Of a DNA stretch of 64,000 nucleotides, positions 1-8,893 are shown piece by piece. This DNA comes from an uncultured Sneathiella sp. (GTDB lineage Bacteria > Pseudomonadota > Alphaproteobacteria > Sneathiellales > Sneathiellaceae), in the NCBI RefSeq assembly GCF_963976355.1, contig NZ_CAXBKA010000002.1, positions 598,711 to 662,710 of the forward strand, in the 5' to 3' direction. The first letter of the stretch is position 1, and each line of letters starts with the position of its first letter. The notes beneath the pieces were generated by a model that did no database searches, was not told the DNA's origin, and saw only the letters and a list, made by a program, of their open reading frames with translations. Position numbers and translations under genes: made by a program.

Positions 1-1
1 A

Positions 2-757
2 TGGAAGGAGGGCAAGCAGGATGTGCCGCCATATGTCATCCTTGATATACCGGAGGAATGGCGCAAGAGAATTGCGCCCGAAATGCCGGTGGATGAGAAG
101 AAGCGGACCTTCTTTCGTCTCGCCATCCCGCTGGCTTTCGTTGCCAATCATGGCATAAGCCGGGATCAGGAACGGCTGCGCAGCCTCGAGAAGGAGCATC
201 GCGCAGGCAAATCGCTCAGCGAGAGAGATGTCGCCTGGCTGAAGCAGCAGGCCACGGCCTATGCACTCGAAGAAGATGGTCTGAATGATAAATTCTGGGC
301 GACGTTCAATGAACGGATGGACACGATCCCGCCCTCCCTGATCGTGGCGCAGATGGTGGAGGAAAGCGGCTGGGGTACCTCACGCTTCGCGGCAGAGGGC
401 AATGCGCTGTTCGGGCAGTGGAGCTATGACGGCGGCATCAAGCCCGAGGAACAGCGCGAGAACAAGGGCGATTACCGTATCGAGGCGTTCAAGACGCCGC
501 TCGATTCCGTGCGCGCCTATATGCTCAACCTCAACTCCCATACATCCTATGCCGATTTCAGGAAACGCCGGGCGGCGTTGCGGGCAAAGGGTCAGCCGGT
601 CACCGGGCCCGACCTTGTTGGTACGTTAATCGAATATTCGGAACGGCGGGAAGCCTATGTAAAGATTATCGAGGAGATAATGGAGCACAACAGCCTGCCG
701 CCGCTCGATCATGTGCGGCTGGCCTCCGGCAAGTTGACATATCTGCAGCTGGAATAG
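2..757 (+). CDS. Bax/FlgJ-related N-acetylglucosaminidase-domain protein (5' end probably outside window)
   Basis: The reading frame is open from base 2 with no upstream stop; the listed ORF is 23..757 (GTG). The block AQMVEESGWGTSRFAAEGNALFGQWSY matches the glucosaminidase/Bax signature as I remember it. Confidence 0.6.
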   Translation, partial: WKEGKQDVPPYVILDIPEEWRKRIAPEMPVDEKKRTFFRLAIPLAFVANHGISRDQERLRSLEKEHRAGKSLSERDVAWLKQQATAYALEEDGLNDKFWATFNERMDTIPPSLIVAQMVEESGWGTSRFAAEGNALFGQWSYDGGIKPEEQRENKGDYRIEAFKTPLDSVRAYMLNLNSHTSYADFRKRRAALRAKGQPVTGPDLVGTLIEYSERREAYVKIIEEIMEHNSLPPLDHVRLASGKLTYLQLE

Positions 758-767
758 AGGATTTTTG

Positions 768-2000
768 TCAGTCCAGGGCGGCCCGGCGCGTGGTGGAGAG
801 AGCTCTTCTCCGCCTGTCGACTTCCCTGAAGCGCAATCTCACCAGCCGGTTGAGGTTGGTCAGACCGTCGAGAAGGCCGGGAATAACAACTTCCGACGGT
901 TTTTTCTGCTGGGCAAGATGACGGAGTGCCGTCAGCATGGTATCGCTTTCGCGTTCGCCATCATCGATCAATGCCCCGATCAGCCCGGCATCGGCGGCGC
1001 GGGTTGCACGGATATATTGCTCCAGCCGCGGGACCGTGCGCGGAATGATCAGCGCCCGCTTGTTCATGGAGAGAACCTCGCAGAAGGTATTATAGCCGCC
1101 CATGGCGACAACGGCGGAGGCTTCCTGCATCAGGCTCTCCAGATGGCTATCGAAGGTAACGGCGCGGACGCGGGGCAGTTTCTGAATGCGGTCACGGAAA
1201 CTGGCGCGGGTTTCCGGCGGCATGAAGGGCCCGAGCACGAAGAGTGCATCCAGCGGCGGCTCACGGTTTCCCTCATAGGCGCGCAGCACCCAGTCGGTCA
1301 GCACATCGCCATCGCCGCCGCCGCCGACGGTGACCAGCACGTAAGGCGCTGTCATCTCGCTCAGGATTGCCGGCTCCGAAACCGCGGAGACGGAGCGCGG
1401 CAGATAGCCTGTATAGGTGATCTTGCGTTTCACATTCGCGGGGATATCGATGCCGGCGAGGGGGTTATATATCTGCTTGACGCCGAAGATCCAGATATCG
1501 TCATAGAGCTCCTCAAGGGCGGGCAGGACGTTCTTGCGCTGCCATTCCGGACCGAGCAGCGACGGATCATCAAGGACATCGCGCAGTCCGAGGACAAGAT
1601 GGGTTCCCGCCGCCTTCAGCATTTCTAGCGTTCCGGTGACCTCCCCTTTCAGGCCATAGGGCTCCTTGTCGACAATGAAGATGTCCGGATCGAAGGTCTC
1701 GGCCGTATGCTGGATAATGGAGGCGCGCATGGCGAGCGTCTGCTCGGTATCGATATGCAGGCTGAGGGATGTATATTCACCGTTGCGCAACTTGATGATG
1801 CCGGGGATACGGACGAAGTCGACCCGGGCCTTGAAATCAAAACTGCCGATGATGGGGGAGCCGGAGAGAATGAGGACCGACAGGTTCTGGTTCTGCTCGA
1901 CAAGCGAATTCGCCATGACCATGCAGCGACGCAGATGACCGAGGCCAAACGAGTCGTGACTGTAGATCAGGATGCGTCTCGCATTTTCGATCTCGTTCAT
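768..2000 (-). CDS. Glycosyltransferase, MurG/GT28-like (COG4671-type predicted glycosyl transferase)
   Basis: 410-aa ORF. The N-terminus RILIYSHDSFGLGHLRRCMVMANSL and a C-terminal Rossmann-like block (VLVTVGGGGDG ... AMGGYNTFCE) are typical of this GT family. It is divergent from flp. Confidence 0.6.
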   Translation of the reverse strand: MNEIENARRILIYSHDSFGLGHLRRCMVMANSLVEQNQNLSVLILSGSPIIGSFDFKARVDFVRIPGIIKLRNGEYTSLSLHIDTEQTLAMRASIIQHTAETFDPDIFIVDKEPYGLKGEVTGTLEMLKAAGTHLVLGLRDVLDDPSLLGPEWQRKNVLPALEELYDDIWIFGVKQIYNPLAGIDIPANVKRKITYTGYLPRSVSAVSEPAILSEMTAPYVLVTVGGGGDGDVLTDWVLRAYEGNREPPLDALFVLGPFMPPETRASFRDRIQKLPRVRAVTFDSHLESLMQEASAVVAMGGYNTFCEVLSMNKRALIIPRTVPRLEQYIRATRAADAGLIGALIDDGERESDTMLTALRHLAQQKKPSEVVIPGLLDGLTNLNRLVRLRFREVDRRRRALSTTRRAALD

Positions 2001-2039
2001 GGTTCACCTCCGCGTCTGTCGTCACGCATATACGGGGTT

Positions 2040-2668
2040 ATGTCCTATAGATCAACTTTATATCCGGGATCGATTAGAAATGCACTCTGATTCGTCAATA
2101 AAAAATATACTGAATTTCTCTCCAATTTAATTGCAATCCGATATTTTTCTCATAAAAATATTATAATTCAATAATTAGCGAAATAGTTGAATAGAAGAAA
2201 ATAGAATATTCAGCGATTCGATTTAGTAAAATCTATCAATGCGAGGAAATTTTTTAAAATGAAAAGCAATTTTTGATAGAAAAATAATTAATATAAAAAT
2301 CATATAAGTTAATTTAGGGCGAATTAACCATAAAAAATCATAGAATTAACTATAATTAAATAAAATTTAATGTGACTCTTTCATAAATCAATTTTATAGT
2401 TGAAAACATCTTGACGGAAATAAGTCAACAAAAATAACTAGTTATTGAGTTTGTTGATTTTTTTGTAGAATTAGTTTTCGTTTTAGTCGCGTATCCGGTT
2501 TTTGTTACAGATATAGAGGCGATATATTTTCCACTGATCTCGTATTTGTTGCTTTTTATGATCCAGTGAATTCGCCTCCTGAAGGGGTATATAACAATTT
2601 AATAGTGTATTTTGGCTTGTTGTCTTTACCTGAATTTATAAGCCAAGTCTAACTTTGGGGGTTATGAT
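2040..2668. promoter_or_regulatory. Extremely AT-rich divergent intergenic/promoter region between the glycosyltransferase and flp
   Basis: No ORF of 60 aa or more. The 60-nt lines I counted (2101-2160, 2281-2340) are 22% and 17% GC in an otherwise ~60% GC window. It contains a GAATTAAC direct repeat (2321-2328, 2343-2350), TTAA-N7-TTAA (2356-2370) and a possible sigma-70-like TTGGCT-N17-TTTATA (2612-2640). Confidence 0.6.
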
Positions 2669-2854
2669 ATGAGAAAAATACTGACGGATTTATGGAATGA
2701 TGAAACCGGCGTGACGGCGGTTGAATATGCCTTGATGGCCGCCGCCGCGGCGGCAGTCGTGGGCGTTGCCGGAACCGCTTTCTATACCAAGCTGCAAACG
2801 GCGTTCAATGCCATTGATCTTTCGGGGTCCGGCAGCGCAACGCCGCCGAACTGA
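2669..2854 (+). CDS. flp: Flp-family type IVb/IVc prepilin
   Basis: 61 aa. The Flp processing motif G/VTAVEYALMAA follows a short charged leader (MRKILTDLWNDETG), then a hydrophobic helix. A GGGGG Shine-Dalgarno lies upstream. It is the first gene of the tad locus. Confidence 0.9.
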   Translation: MRKILTDLWNDETGVTAVEYALMAAAAAAVVGVAGTAFYTKLQTAFNAIDLSGSGSATPPN

Positions 2855-2879
2855 GCAAGTCATTTCAGGACAGTACCTT

Positions 2880-2904
2880 CCGCGCGGAATATTTGTCCGC
2901 GCGG
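2880..2904 (+). terminator. Stem-loop between flp and cpaA (possible partial terminator or attenuator)
   Basis: Perfect 9-bp inverted repeat CCGCGCGGA-atatttg-TCCGCGCGG, 26 nt after the flp stop. There is no clear U-tract. Confidence 0.4.
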
Positions 2905-2918
2905 GAGGGCCCAAACTC

Positions 2919-3416
2919 ATGACAGAATATTATCCGATATTTGCCATACTCCTGCTCTGGCTGGCGGCCTGGACCGATCTCACGCGGCGCCTTATCCGCA
3001 ACTGGATCTCCATCGCCCTGCTGTTGCTGTTTGTACTGTTCGCCTTTTTTACGGCGCAGCCGCTTGATGTCGCGGGGCATATGCTTTGGGCGGCGGGACT
3101 GTTTGCCGTCATGTTCATCGGCTTCTGCTTTGGCAAGGTCGGCGGGGGCGATGTCAAGCTCGCGACGGTCACCATGCTTTGGGCGGGACCGGAAATGGGG
3201 CCGGTTTTCTTGGTTGTCACGGCGCTGACCGGCGGAGGTCTCGCGATTGTCATGCTGTTGCCGCAGCTGCGCCTGCTCTCCGAATGGGCCTTCGCGCCGA
3301 TAACGAAACATCTGGCCTCGCCGGAGCCCGCCGATGCGGCGTCGGTTCCCTATGGGGTCGCGATTGCGACCGGTGGCACCGCCGCGCTCTACGCCTCATA
3401 CATAAGCGGTGGTTAG
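2919..3416 (+). CDS. cpaA: Prepilin peptidase CpaA/TadV (A24 family aspartic peptidase)
   Basis: Polytopic membrane protein with the two Asp motifs (AAWTDLTRR and GGGDVKLATV). The start is moved to ATG 2919 (MTEYYPIF) within listed ORF 2766..3416. Confidence 0.8.
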   Translation: MTEYYPIFAILLLWLAAWTDLTRRLIRNWISIALLLLFVLFAFFTAQPLDVAGHMLWAAGLFAVMFIGFCFGKVGGGDVKLATVTMLWAGPEMGPVFLVVTALTGGGLAIVMLLPQLRLLSEWAFAPITKHLASPEPADAASVPYGVAIATGGTAALYASYISGG

Positions 3417-3425
3417 GAGGGAGGC

Positions 3426-4250
3426 ATGAAAAGCTTTATCTTCATTCTCCTGTCCGCCCTGTTTCTCGGTTCCGCCGCCTATCTCGGGAATATGTTTCTT
3501 TTCGAGGACGGGGCGCAGCCGCCCGTTTCCCTGCTGGCGCCTACGAAGGCGCCGGAGCAATATGCGCTGAGCCTGACGCGACCCGTGAAAAACGGCAACA
3601 TTCTGGAAAAAGACATGCTGATGTGGCGTCCCGTACCGGAGGATATCCCAGCGGGAAGGCTGTTGCTGAAAGGAGAGGCTGAACTGGCAGACTGGTCGGG
3701 TGCCGTTCTCACCCGGGACTTGCCTAAAGGCGCCTTTCTTGAAAAAGCGCGCCTCGTTCTGCCGACGGACCCCGAGTATATGAAGGCGCTGCTGACGGAA
3801 GGGATGCGTGCGCGCCCCGTGGCCATCGACAATGCCGGGGAGTTCGGCGATCTTCGCGCCGGGGACCATATTGATCTCATCCTGACCTACAAGGCGCCTG
3901 CGGGCAGTGTCGGGGACGGGGAGACGGTCGTCAAAACCATACTAGAGAGCGTGCGCGTTGTCGGAACAGGAACAGGTGCTTCAGGCTCCCTCACGCTGGC
4001 GCTCTCTCCCGCGGATGTTGAGCTGGTATCGGTCGCGGAGACAATCGGCCGCCTTAAGGTTTCCCTGCGCGGGGAAACTAATGGTGACGCACCCCGAAGC
4101 ACAGCGGATGTCGCTGCCTTCTCTGCAAGCGATCTCTTTCCGGAGCTGAAATCATCGCCCCGTCCTGTTGTACAAAATACGGCAAGGGAAGTCCGGATAT
4201 TCCGCGGCGGCGAGACGAAGGTCCTCACCCTCACAGGCGGAGGTCAATAA
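3426..4250 (+). CDS. cpaB: Flp pilus assembly protein CpaB/RcpC
   Basis: 274 aa with an N-terminal TM/signal anchor (MKSFIFILLSALFLGSAAYL). Its position between cpaA and the secretin fits. A strong SD (AGGAGGGAGG) precedes it. Confidence 0.8.
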   Translation: MKSFIFILLSALFLGSAAYLGNMFLFEDGAQPPVSLLAPTKAPEQYALSLTRPVKNGNILEKDMLMWRPVPEDIPAGRLLLKGEAELADWSGAVLTRDLPKGAFLEKARLVLPTDPEYMKALLTEGMRARPVAIDNAGEFGDLRAGDHIDLILTYKAPAGSVGDGETVVKTILESVRVVGTGTGASGSLTLALSPADVELVSVAETIGRLKVSLRGETNGDAPRSTADVAAFSASDLFPELKSSPRPVVQNTAREVRIFRGGETKVLTLTGGGQ

Positions 4251-4258
4251 GGCACGCC

Positions 4259-5662
4259 ATGAACCATCCTGTCAGAAAAATCGGACTGCTGGTGCTGATG
4301 CTGGGCGTGCTTCTGCTGTTTTCGCCGCCCCGGGGTCAGGCGACGGAGACGGAGGGTCAGGAGAGCCTGTCGCTTGAGGTCAATCAGGGGCGGCTCTTTC
4401 CCCTGAAAACGCCGGTGACGGAAGTTCTGGTGACCAATCCGGCCATCGCCGATGTCCAGGTGACTGCCGCCAACGGCCTGTTCATCTTCGGCAAGGCCCC
4501 GGGGCGGACCCATATCATGGCGCTTGGCGCGGACGGGCGGGCAATCTTCGATCAGTCGGTCACGATAACCCGCGATCTTGAGACACTGTCGGTACTGCTG
4601 AAGGAACAGTTCCCGGGAAATAAGCTGGCAGTCCAGTCGACGCCCGGCCGTATTCTGCTCTCGGGGCTGGCGCAGACACCGGTTCAGGCGGAACAGATCG
4701 TTTCTGTTGTAAGAGGGTTTCTCTCGGAAGGGGAGGAAATCGTCAACCGCCTGGAGATGCTGGCCCCGTCGCAGGTGAATATCCGTGTGCGTATTGTCGA
4801 GATGAACCGGGAGGCGACAAAAAATCTCGGGATCAACTGGGATGTGCTGCTGAATCCGGGATCGCTGGCGATCGGGCTGATCACCAACCGCTGGCCGACC
4901 ACCGTTGGTAATCTGTTCATTCCAAATTCCTTCAACAGCCGTGTCGGGGGCAGCGGCTTTCTGGGATATCAGGGGAGCAGCGGCTCTGCGTCCGTCGTGA
5001 TTGACGCCCTGGCGGAGGAAAATCTGCTGACGGTTCTGGCGGAACCCAATCTGACATCCCGCTCCGGTGAGACCGCTAGTTTTTTTGCGGGCGGGGAGTT
5101 TCCCATTCCCGTGTCCGCCAACGACGAACAGGTGACAATCGAGTTCAAGAAATTCGGCGTCATCCTCGATATCACGCCGACGGTCCTCTCCGATCAGCGG
5201 ATCAGTATCCATATCCGGCCGGAAGTGAGCGAGATTTCCGAGGTCGGCTCGGTTGTCATCAGTAATTTCCAGATTCCCGGCATTGCCGTGCGCCGGACGG
5301 AGGCGACCATCGAGCTTGCGAGCGGTCAGAGCTTCGCCGTTGCCGGACTGTTGCAGAACCAGACCCGGAATATTGTCAATGAAGTGCCCTGGCTCGCCGA
5401 TCTCGCGATCCTGGGGCCGCTGTTCCGCTCCACCCGCTATCAGAATATGGAGACCGAGCTGGTGATCATCGCCACGGCCAATATCGTGAAGCCGCGCGAG
5501 AATGTCGCCCTCGCCACCCCGACGGACGGCTACCGCCCGACCGGCATTGTCGAGAAAATGACCGAGGGGACACTGGCCCGGCCAGCCCTCGCACCCGAAA
5601 TTCCGGGTGGGTCGGGGCAAGGCGGACTGACCCTCAAAGGCCCGGTTGGGTATATTTATTAA
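4259..5662 (+). CDS. cpaC: Outer-membrane secretin CpaC/RcpA
   Basis: Signal peptide, followed by the secretin C-domain blocks GGEFPIPV, GVILDITPTV, IPGIAVRRTEATIELASGQSFAVAGLLQN and VPWLADLAILGPLFRS. Confidence 0.9.
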   Translation: MNHPVRKIGLLVLMLGVLLLFSPPRGQATETEGQESLSLEVNQGRLFPLKTPVTEVLVTNPAIADVQVTAANGLFIFGKAPGRTHIMALGADGRAIFDQSVTITRDLETLSVLLKEQFPGNKLAVQSTPGRILLSGLAQTPVQAEQIVSVVRGFLSEGEEIVNRLEMLAPSQVNIRVRIVEMNREATKNLGINWDVLLNPGSLAIGLITNRWPTTVGNLFIPNSFNSRVGGSGFLGYQGSSGSASVVIDALAEENLLTVLAEPNLTSRSGETASFFAGGEFPIPVSANDEQVTIEFKKFGVILDITPTVLSDQRISIHIRPEVSEISEVGSVVISNFQIPGIAVRRTEATIELASGQSFAVAGLLQNQTRNIVNEVPWLADLAILGPLFRSTRYQNMETELVIIATANIVKPRENVALATPTDGYRPTGIVEKMTEGTLARPALAPEIPGGSGQGGLTLKGPVGYIY

Positions 5663-5679
5663 GCTGGATGGGGGATAGC

Positions 5680-6303
5680 ATGAAAATATTCACAGCCGCC
5701 GTGCTTCTTCTGCTTGCGTTTCCCGCGCTTGGCGCCTGCACCGCGCCGCAAAACCCCACGACGCTGCCGGTCAGTCAGGGCAAGAACGGGGCCGAGAGTA
5801 AAAGCTATCTCATTTCCTTCTCGCCGCAAGGGACTGATGGCGACCTCCGGGCGCATGACGGGCTCTCCTTTTCGGATTTTCTGAATGATCTCGTCCGCGA
5901 TCCGCCAGGATATGCCCATTTTCGCCTGAATAACAGCCGTATGGATGAGGCGTTGCTGATGGAGAGGCTGCAACAATCCGGCCTTGCGCGTTCCAGCGAT
6001 ATCGAGATAAACCCGGCGCCCGAAAGCCCCACGGCGGCGGCGCTGACCGTCAGGGTGACCTATTACTACTACCGGCTGGCCGATTGCGGCACCGATCTTT
6101 CCTTCCGCAAGCTCGATCACATCGCCATGACATCGCCGGGCTTCGGTTGTGCGGTCGAGCGGAACCGGATGCTCAGCCTCGCGCGTCCCGACGACTGGCG
6201 GCAGGGCCGGTCGCTTGCCCCCGCTCTTGCAGGGCCGGATGTCAAGGCGGTGACAACATGGCAGAACGCTGCGCCGAGACCCTTTCCAGAGCGCACGAAA
6301 TAG
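5680..6303 (+). CDS. cpaD: Pilus assembly lipoprotein CpaD
   Basis: Lipobox LAFPALGAC after MKIFTAAVLLLL. The gene order matches cpaC-cpaD-cpaE. The start is set at ATG 5680 (SD GGGGGA) rather than 5668. Confidence 0.65.
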   Translation: MKIFTAAVLLLLAFPALGACTAPQNPTTLPVSQGKNGAESKSYLISFSPQGTDGDLRAHDGLSFSDFLNDLVRDPPGYAHFRLNNSRMDEALLMERLQQSGLARSSDIEINPAPESPTAAALTVRVTYYYYRLADCGTDLSFRKLDHIAMTSPGFGCAVERNRMLSLARPDDWRQGRSLAPALAGPDVKAVTTWQNAAPRPFPERTK

Positions 6304-6315
6304 GGGACGGACAAA

Positions 6316-7536
6316 ATGGCTAAGCGACAGACACCCGAAATCGTGACCTTTCCGGCAAGCGACGCGCCGTCGGTGACCGCCGCCGCCTTCATTGCCGACC
6401 GGGAGACGGAAAAGCAACTCAATGAATTGCTCCCCAAATGGGGCTATGGCAAGGCCCGTATCGTCCGGGGCTCCATTGCAGATGCCATCCAGGCGTATGA
6501 AACGACAGCCATGCCGGAGATATTGATTGTCGATATCTCCGACACTCCTTTGCCGCTGTCGGAGTTGCAGGCCCTTGCGGATATCAGCCCGCCGCAGGTC
6601 AATGTGGTGGTGCTGGGCACGCGGGATAATGTCGGGCTCTATCGCGATCTCATCGACATCGGGGTGACGGATTATCTGGTCAAGCCGGTGCCGTCCGACC
6701 TCCTTTATAAGGCAGTTGCCCGGGCCAGCGGGCAGGGCACCACCCGCCGCGCCGACCAGAGGACCGGCAAGACCATCGCCGTCCATGGGGTGCGCGGGGG
6801 TGTTGGGGCCACCACGACCGTGGTCAATACCGGGTGGCTGCTTGCCAATATCCATAACCGCCATGTGGTGTTGGCCGATTTCGATCTCTCCGGCGGGACG
6901 CTGGCCCTTGAATTGGGGATGGAGTCGTCCTCGGGGCTTGCGGAACTGCTGACGGGGCCGGACCGTATCGATAACGTCTTTGTCGACCGCGCCCTGCTGG
7001 AGGTGGAAGAGAGGCTGAAGCTCCTCGCTTCCGAGGCTGCGTTTGAGACAAATCAGGATTATGACGCCGCCGCCGTTGCCGCCCTGATGCAGCATTTACG
7101 CAATCGCTTCCACTTCATTATTCAGGATGTTGACCGGGGACGGCCCGCCGTCGCCATGGAGGTCCTTCAGGCCGCCGATGTCCGGTTGCTGGTGATGGAT
7201 CCGTCGCTCGCTGCCGTGCGCGATGCCGCCCGTATTCTCAAATTACTTGAGAAAGGGGCCGAGGCCCAAAAAACACTGGTCATTCTCAACCGGGTGCGGC
7301 CGGGCGGGCGGGCCGATGTGCCGCTCGATAAGATCACCGAATTTATCGATCATCCGGTCGATCTGGTCATTCCCTTCGACAGGAAGAAGCTCGCGCTCGC
7401 CAGCCTCAACGGGGAGCCGGTCGCCCGCCGGAAGTCGCCGATAACCGATGCCTATCAGCGGCTGGCCGCGGAGCTGGTCGGGCAGGGGGATGCGAAGCGC
7501 CGCCATGGCTGGCTCGCCGGCCTGATGGGAGGCTGA
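6316..7536 (+). CDS. cpaE: CpaE/TadZ pilus localisation protein (receiver-like N-domain plus MinD/ParA-type ATPase fold)
   Basis: 406 aa with a deviant P-loop HGVRGGVGATTTVVN and a MinD/ParA-like layout. It lies directly upstream of cpaF. Confidence 0.85.
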   Translation: MAKRQTPEIVTFPASDAPSVTAAAFIADRETEKQLNELLPKWGYGKARIVRGSIADAIQAYETTAMPEILIVDISDTPLPLSELQALADISPPQVNVVVLGTRDNVGLYRDLIDIGVTDYLVKPVPSDLLYKAVARASGQGTTRRADQRTGKTIAVHGVRGGVGATTTVVNTGWLLANIHNRHVVLADFDLSGGTLALELGMESSSGLAELLTGPDRIDNVFVDRALLEVEERLKLLASEAAFETNQDYDAAAVAALMQHLRNRFHFIIQDVDRGRPAVAMEVLQAADVRLLVMDPSLAAVRDAARILKLLEKGAEAQKTLVILNRVRPGGRADVPLDKITEFIDHPVDLVIPFDRKKLALASLNGEPVARRKSPITDAYQRLAAELVGQGDAKRRHGWLAGLMGG

Positions 7537-7537
7537 G

Positions 7538-8893
7538 ATGTTCGGCCGGAAATCCGATATGGGTGAGATGGCAGGGCTGGCCGAGACGGAAGATGCGTTC
7601 ATCGGGGCGCCGACCGCGACGGACCGCACCGCCCGCGTCCCGGCGGAACTGGTCGAAAGGGTCCGCCAGCAGTTCTATAACCGGATCGACCCGACCGCCG
7701 CCTCCAGCATGGCGCCGGAACAGCTTTCTTTACGGATTACCGAGGCTGTCTCGAAAATTGTCGATGAAGGCAGGCTTCAGCTCAACGGCAAGGAGCAGGG
7801 CGCCATCGCGCGGGAGCTGTTCGACGATATCGTCGGTATCGGCCCGATCGAGACCCTGCTTGGCGATCCGGAGGTGACGGATATTCTGGTGAACGGGCCG
7901 GACACCGTCTATGTCGAGCGGGCGGGCCGTCTGGAACTGACGGCCTACAAGTTCCGCGATGACAATCATGTACTGGAGGTTGCGCGGCGGATTGCGGCCT
8001 CCGTCGGGCGTCGGGTGGATGAGGCAAACCCCATGGTCGATGCCCGCTTGAAAGACGGCAGCCGCGTCAATGTGATTGCGCCGCCGCTCTCCGTCTATGG
8101 CACGATCATCTCGATCCGGAAATTCTCGAAAGACGTCATGGGGCTGGATGAGCTGTGCGCGGGCCGCGCCTTTTCCCCGGCAATGAACCGGTTCCTCAAG
8201 ATCGCGGCGCGCTGCCGCCTTAACATCCTTGTCTCCGGCGGGACCGGGTCGGGCAAGACGACGCTGCTGAACGCGCTCTCCGGCCTGATCGATGAGAATG
8301 AGCGGATTGTCACCATCGAGGATGCGGCGGAAATCGCCCTGCAGCGCCCGCATGTGGTCAGCCTCGAGACACGCCAGCGCAACAGCGAGGGGAGCGGCGA
8401 AGTCTCGCAGCGTGATCTGCTTCGCAACAGCCTGCGCATGCGCCCTGACCGTATCATTATCGGCGAGGTTCGCGGCGCGGAAGTCTATGACATGTTGCAG
8501 GCCATGAACACGGGGCATGACGGGTCCATGTCCACCATCCATGCCAACAGTGCGCGCGATGCCTTGCTGCGCCTTGAGAACCTGATGCTCTCAAGTCTCG
8601 CCAATTATCAGAGCCGGGGTGCGCGGCAGCAGATTGCGAGCGCCCTCGACCTTGTCATCCATGTGGAGCGCGGGCCGGACGGCCGCCGCTTTATCCGTAA
8701 TATCTCGGAAATTGTCGCCCTGGAAGGGGATGTCATTACCAGTCAGACCTTGTTTGACTATAGAGGCGCGGGGGAGGGTGGCGGTCAGGCCACTGGGGCG
8801 GGCTTTCACTACACCGGTGCCCGTCCGCATTTCGAGGAAAAGGTCGCGAAATTCGGTCTTCTCCCGGAGCTGCAGGAGGTGCTTTTGCCATGA
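7538..8893 (+). CDS. cpaF: Tad secretion ATPase CpaF/TadA
   Basis: Walker [17 protein letters not shown], Walker B/Asp box [10 protein letters not shown], His box [12 protein letters not shown]. Confidence 0.95.
   Translation: MFGRKSDMGEMAGLAETEDAFIGAPTATDRTARVPAELVERVRQQFYNRIDPTAASSMAPEQLSLRITEAVSKIVDEGRLQLNGKEQGAIARELFDDIVGIGPIETLLGDPEVTDILVNGPDTVYVERAGRLELTAYKFRDDNHVLEVARRIAASVGRRVDEANPMVDARLKDGSRVNVIAPPLSVYGTIISIRKFSKDVMGLDELCAGRAFSPAMNRFLKIAARCRLNILVSGGTGSGKTTLLNALSGLIDENERIVTIEDAAEIALQRPHVVSLETRQRNSEGSGEVSQRDLLRNSLRMRPDRIIIGEVRGAEVYDMLQAMNTGHDGSMSTIHANSARDALLRLENLMLSSLANYQSRGARQQIASALDLVIHVERGPDGRRFIRNISEIVALEGDVITSQTLFDYRGAGEGGGQATGAGFHYTGARPHFEEKVAKFGLLPELQEVLLP

Noticed and set aside
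2309-2370. CtrA-type boxes (TTAA-N7-TTAAC) in the flp upstream region as firm regulatory sites.
   Set aside because: Only one TTAA-N7-TTAA (2356-2370) fits the spacing. The two GAATTAAC copies lack a correctly spaced upstream half-site. In DNA of about 20% GC such matches are expected by chance, so it is kept only as a hypothesis inside a finding.
4244-7095. Very long antisense ORFs (for example 4244..5620 minus 458 aa and 5659..7095 minus 478 aa). Similar cases are 19296..21041 minus, 24820..25875 minus, 28118..29563 plus, 34343..35629 plus, 41002..42780 minus and 42877..43986 minus.
   Set aside because: They lie opposite genes with unmistakable family motifs. Their translations are Arg/Gly/Pro/Ala-rich low-complexity sequence with no recognisable domains. 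This is the usual shadow-ORF artefact of GC-rich DNA.
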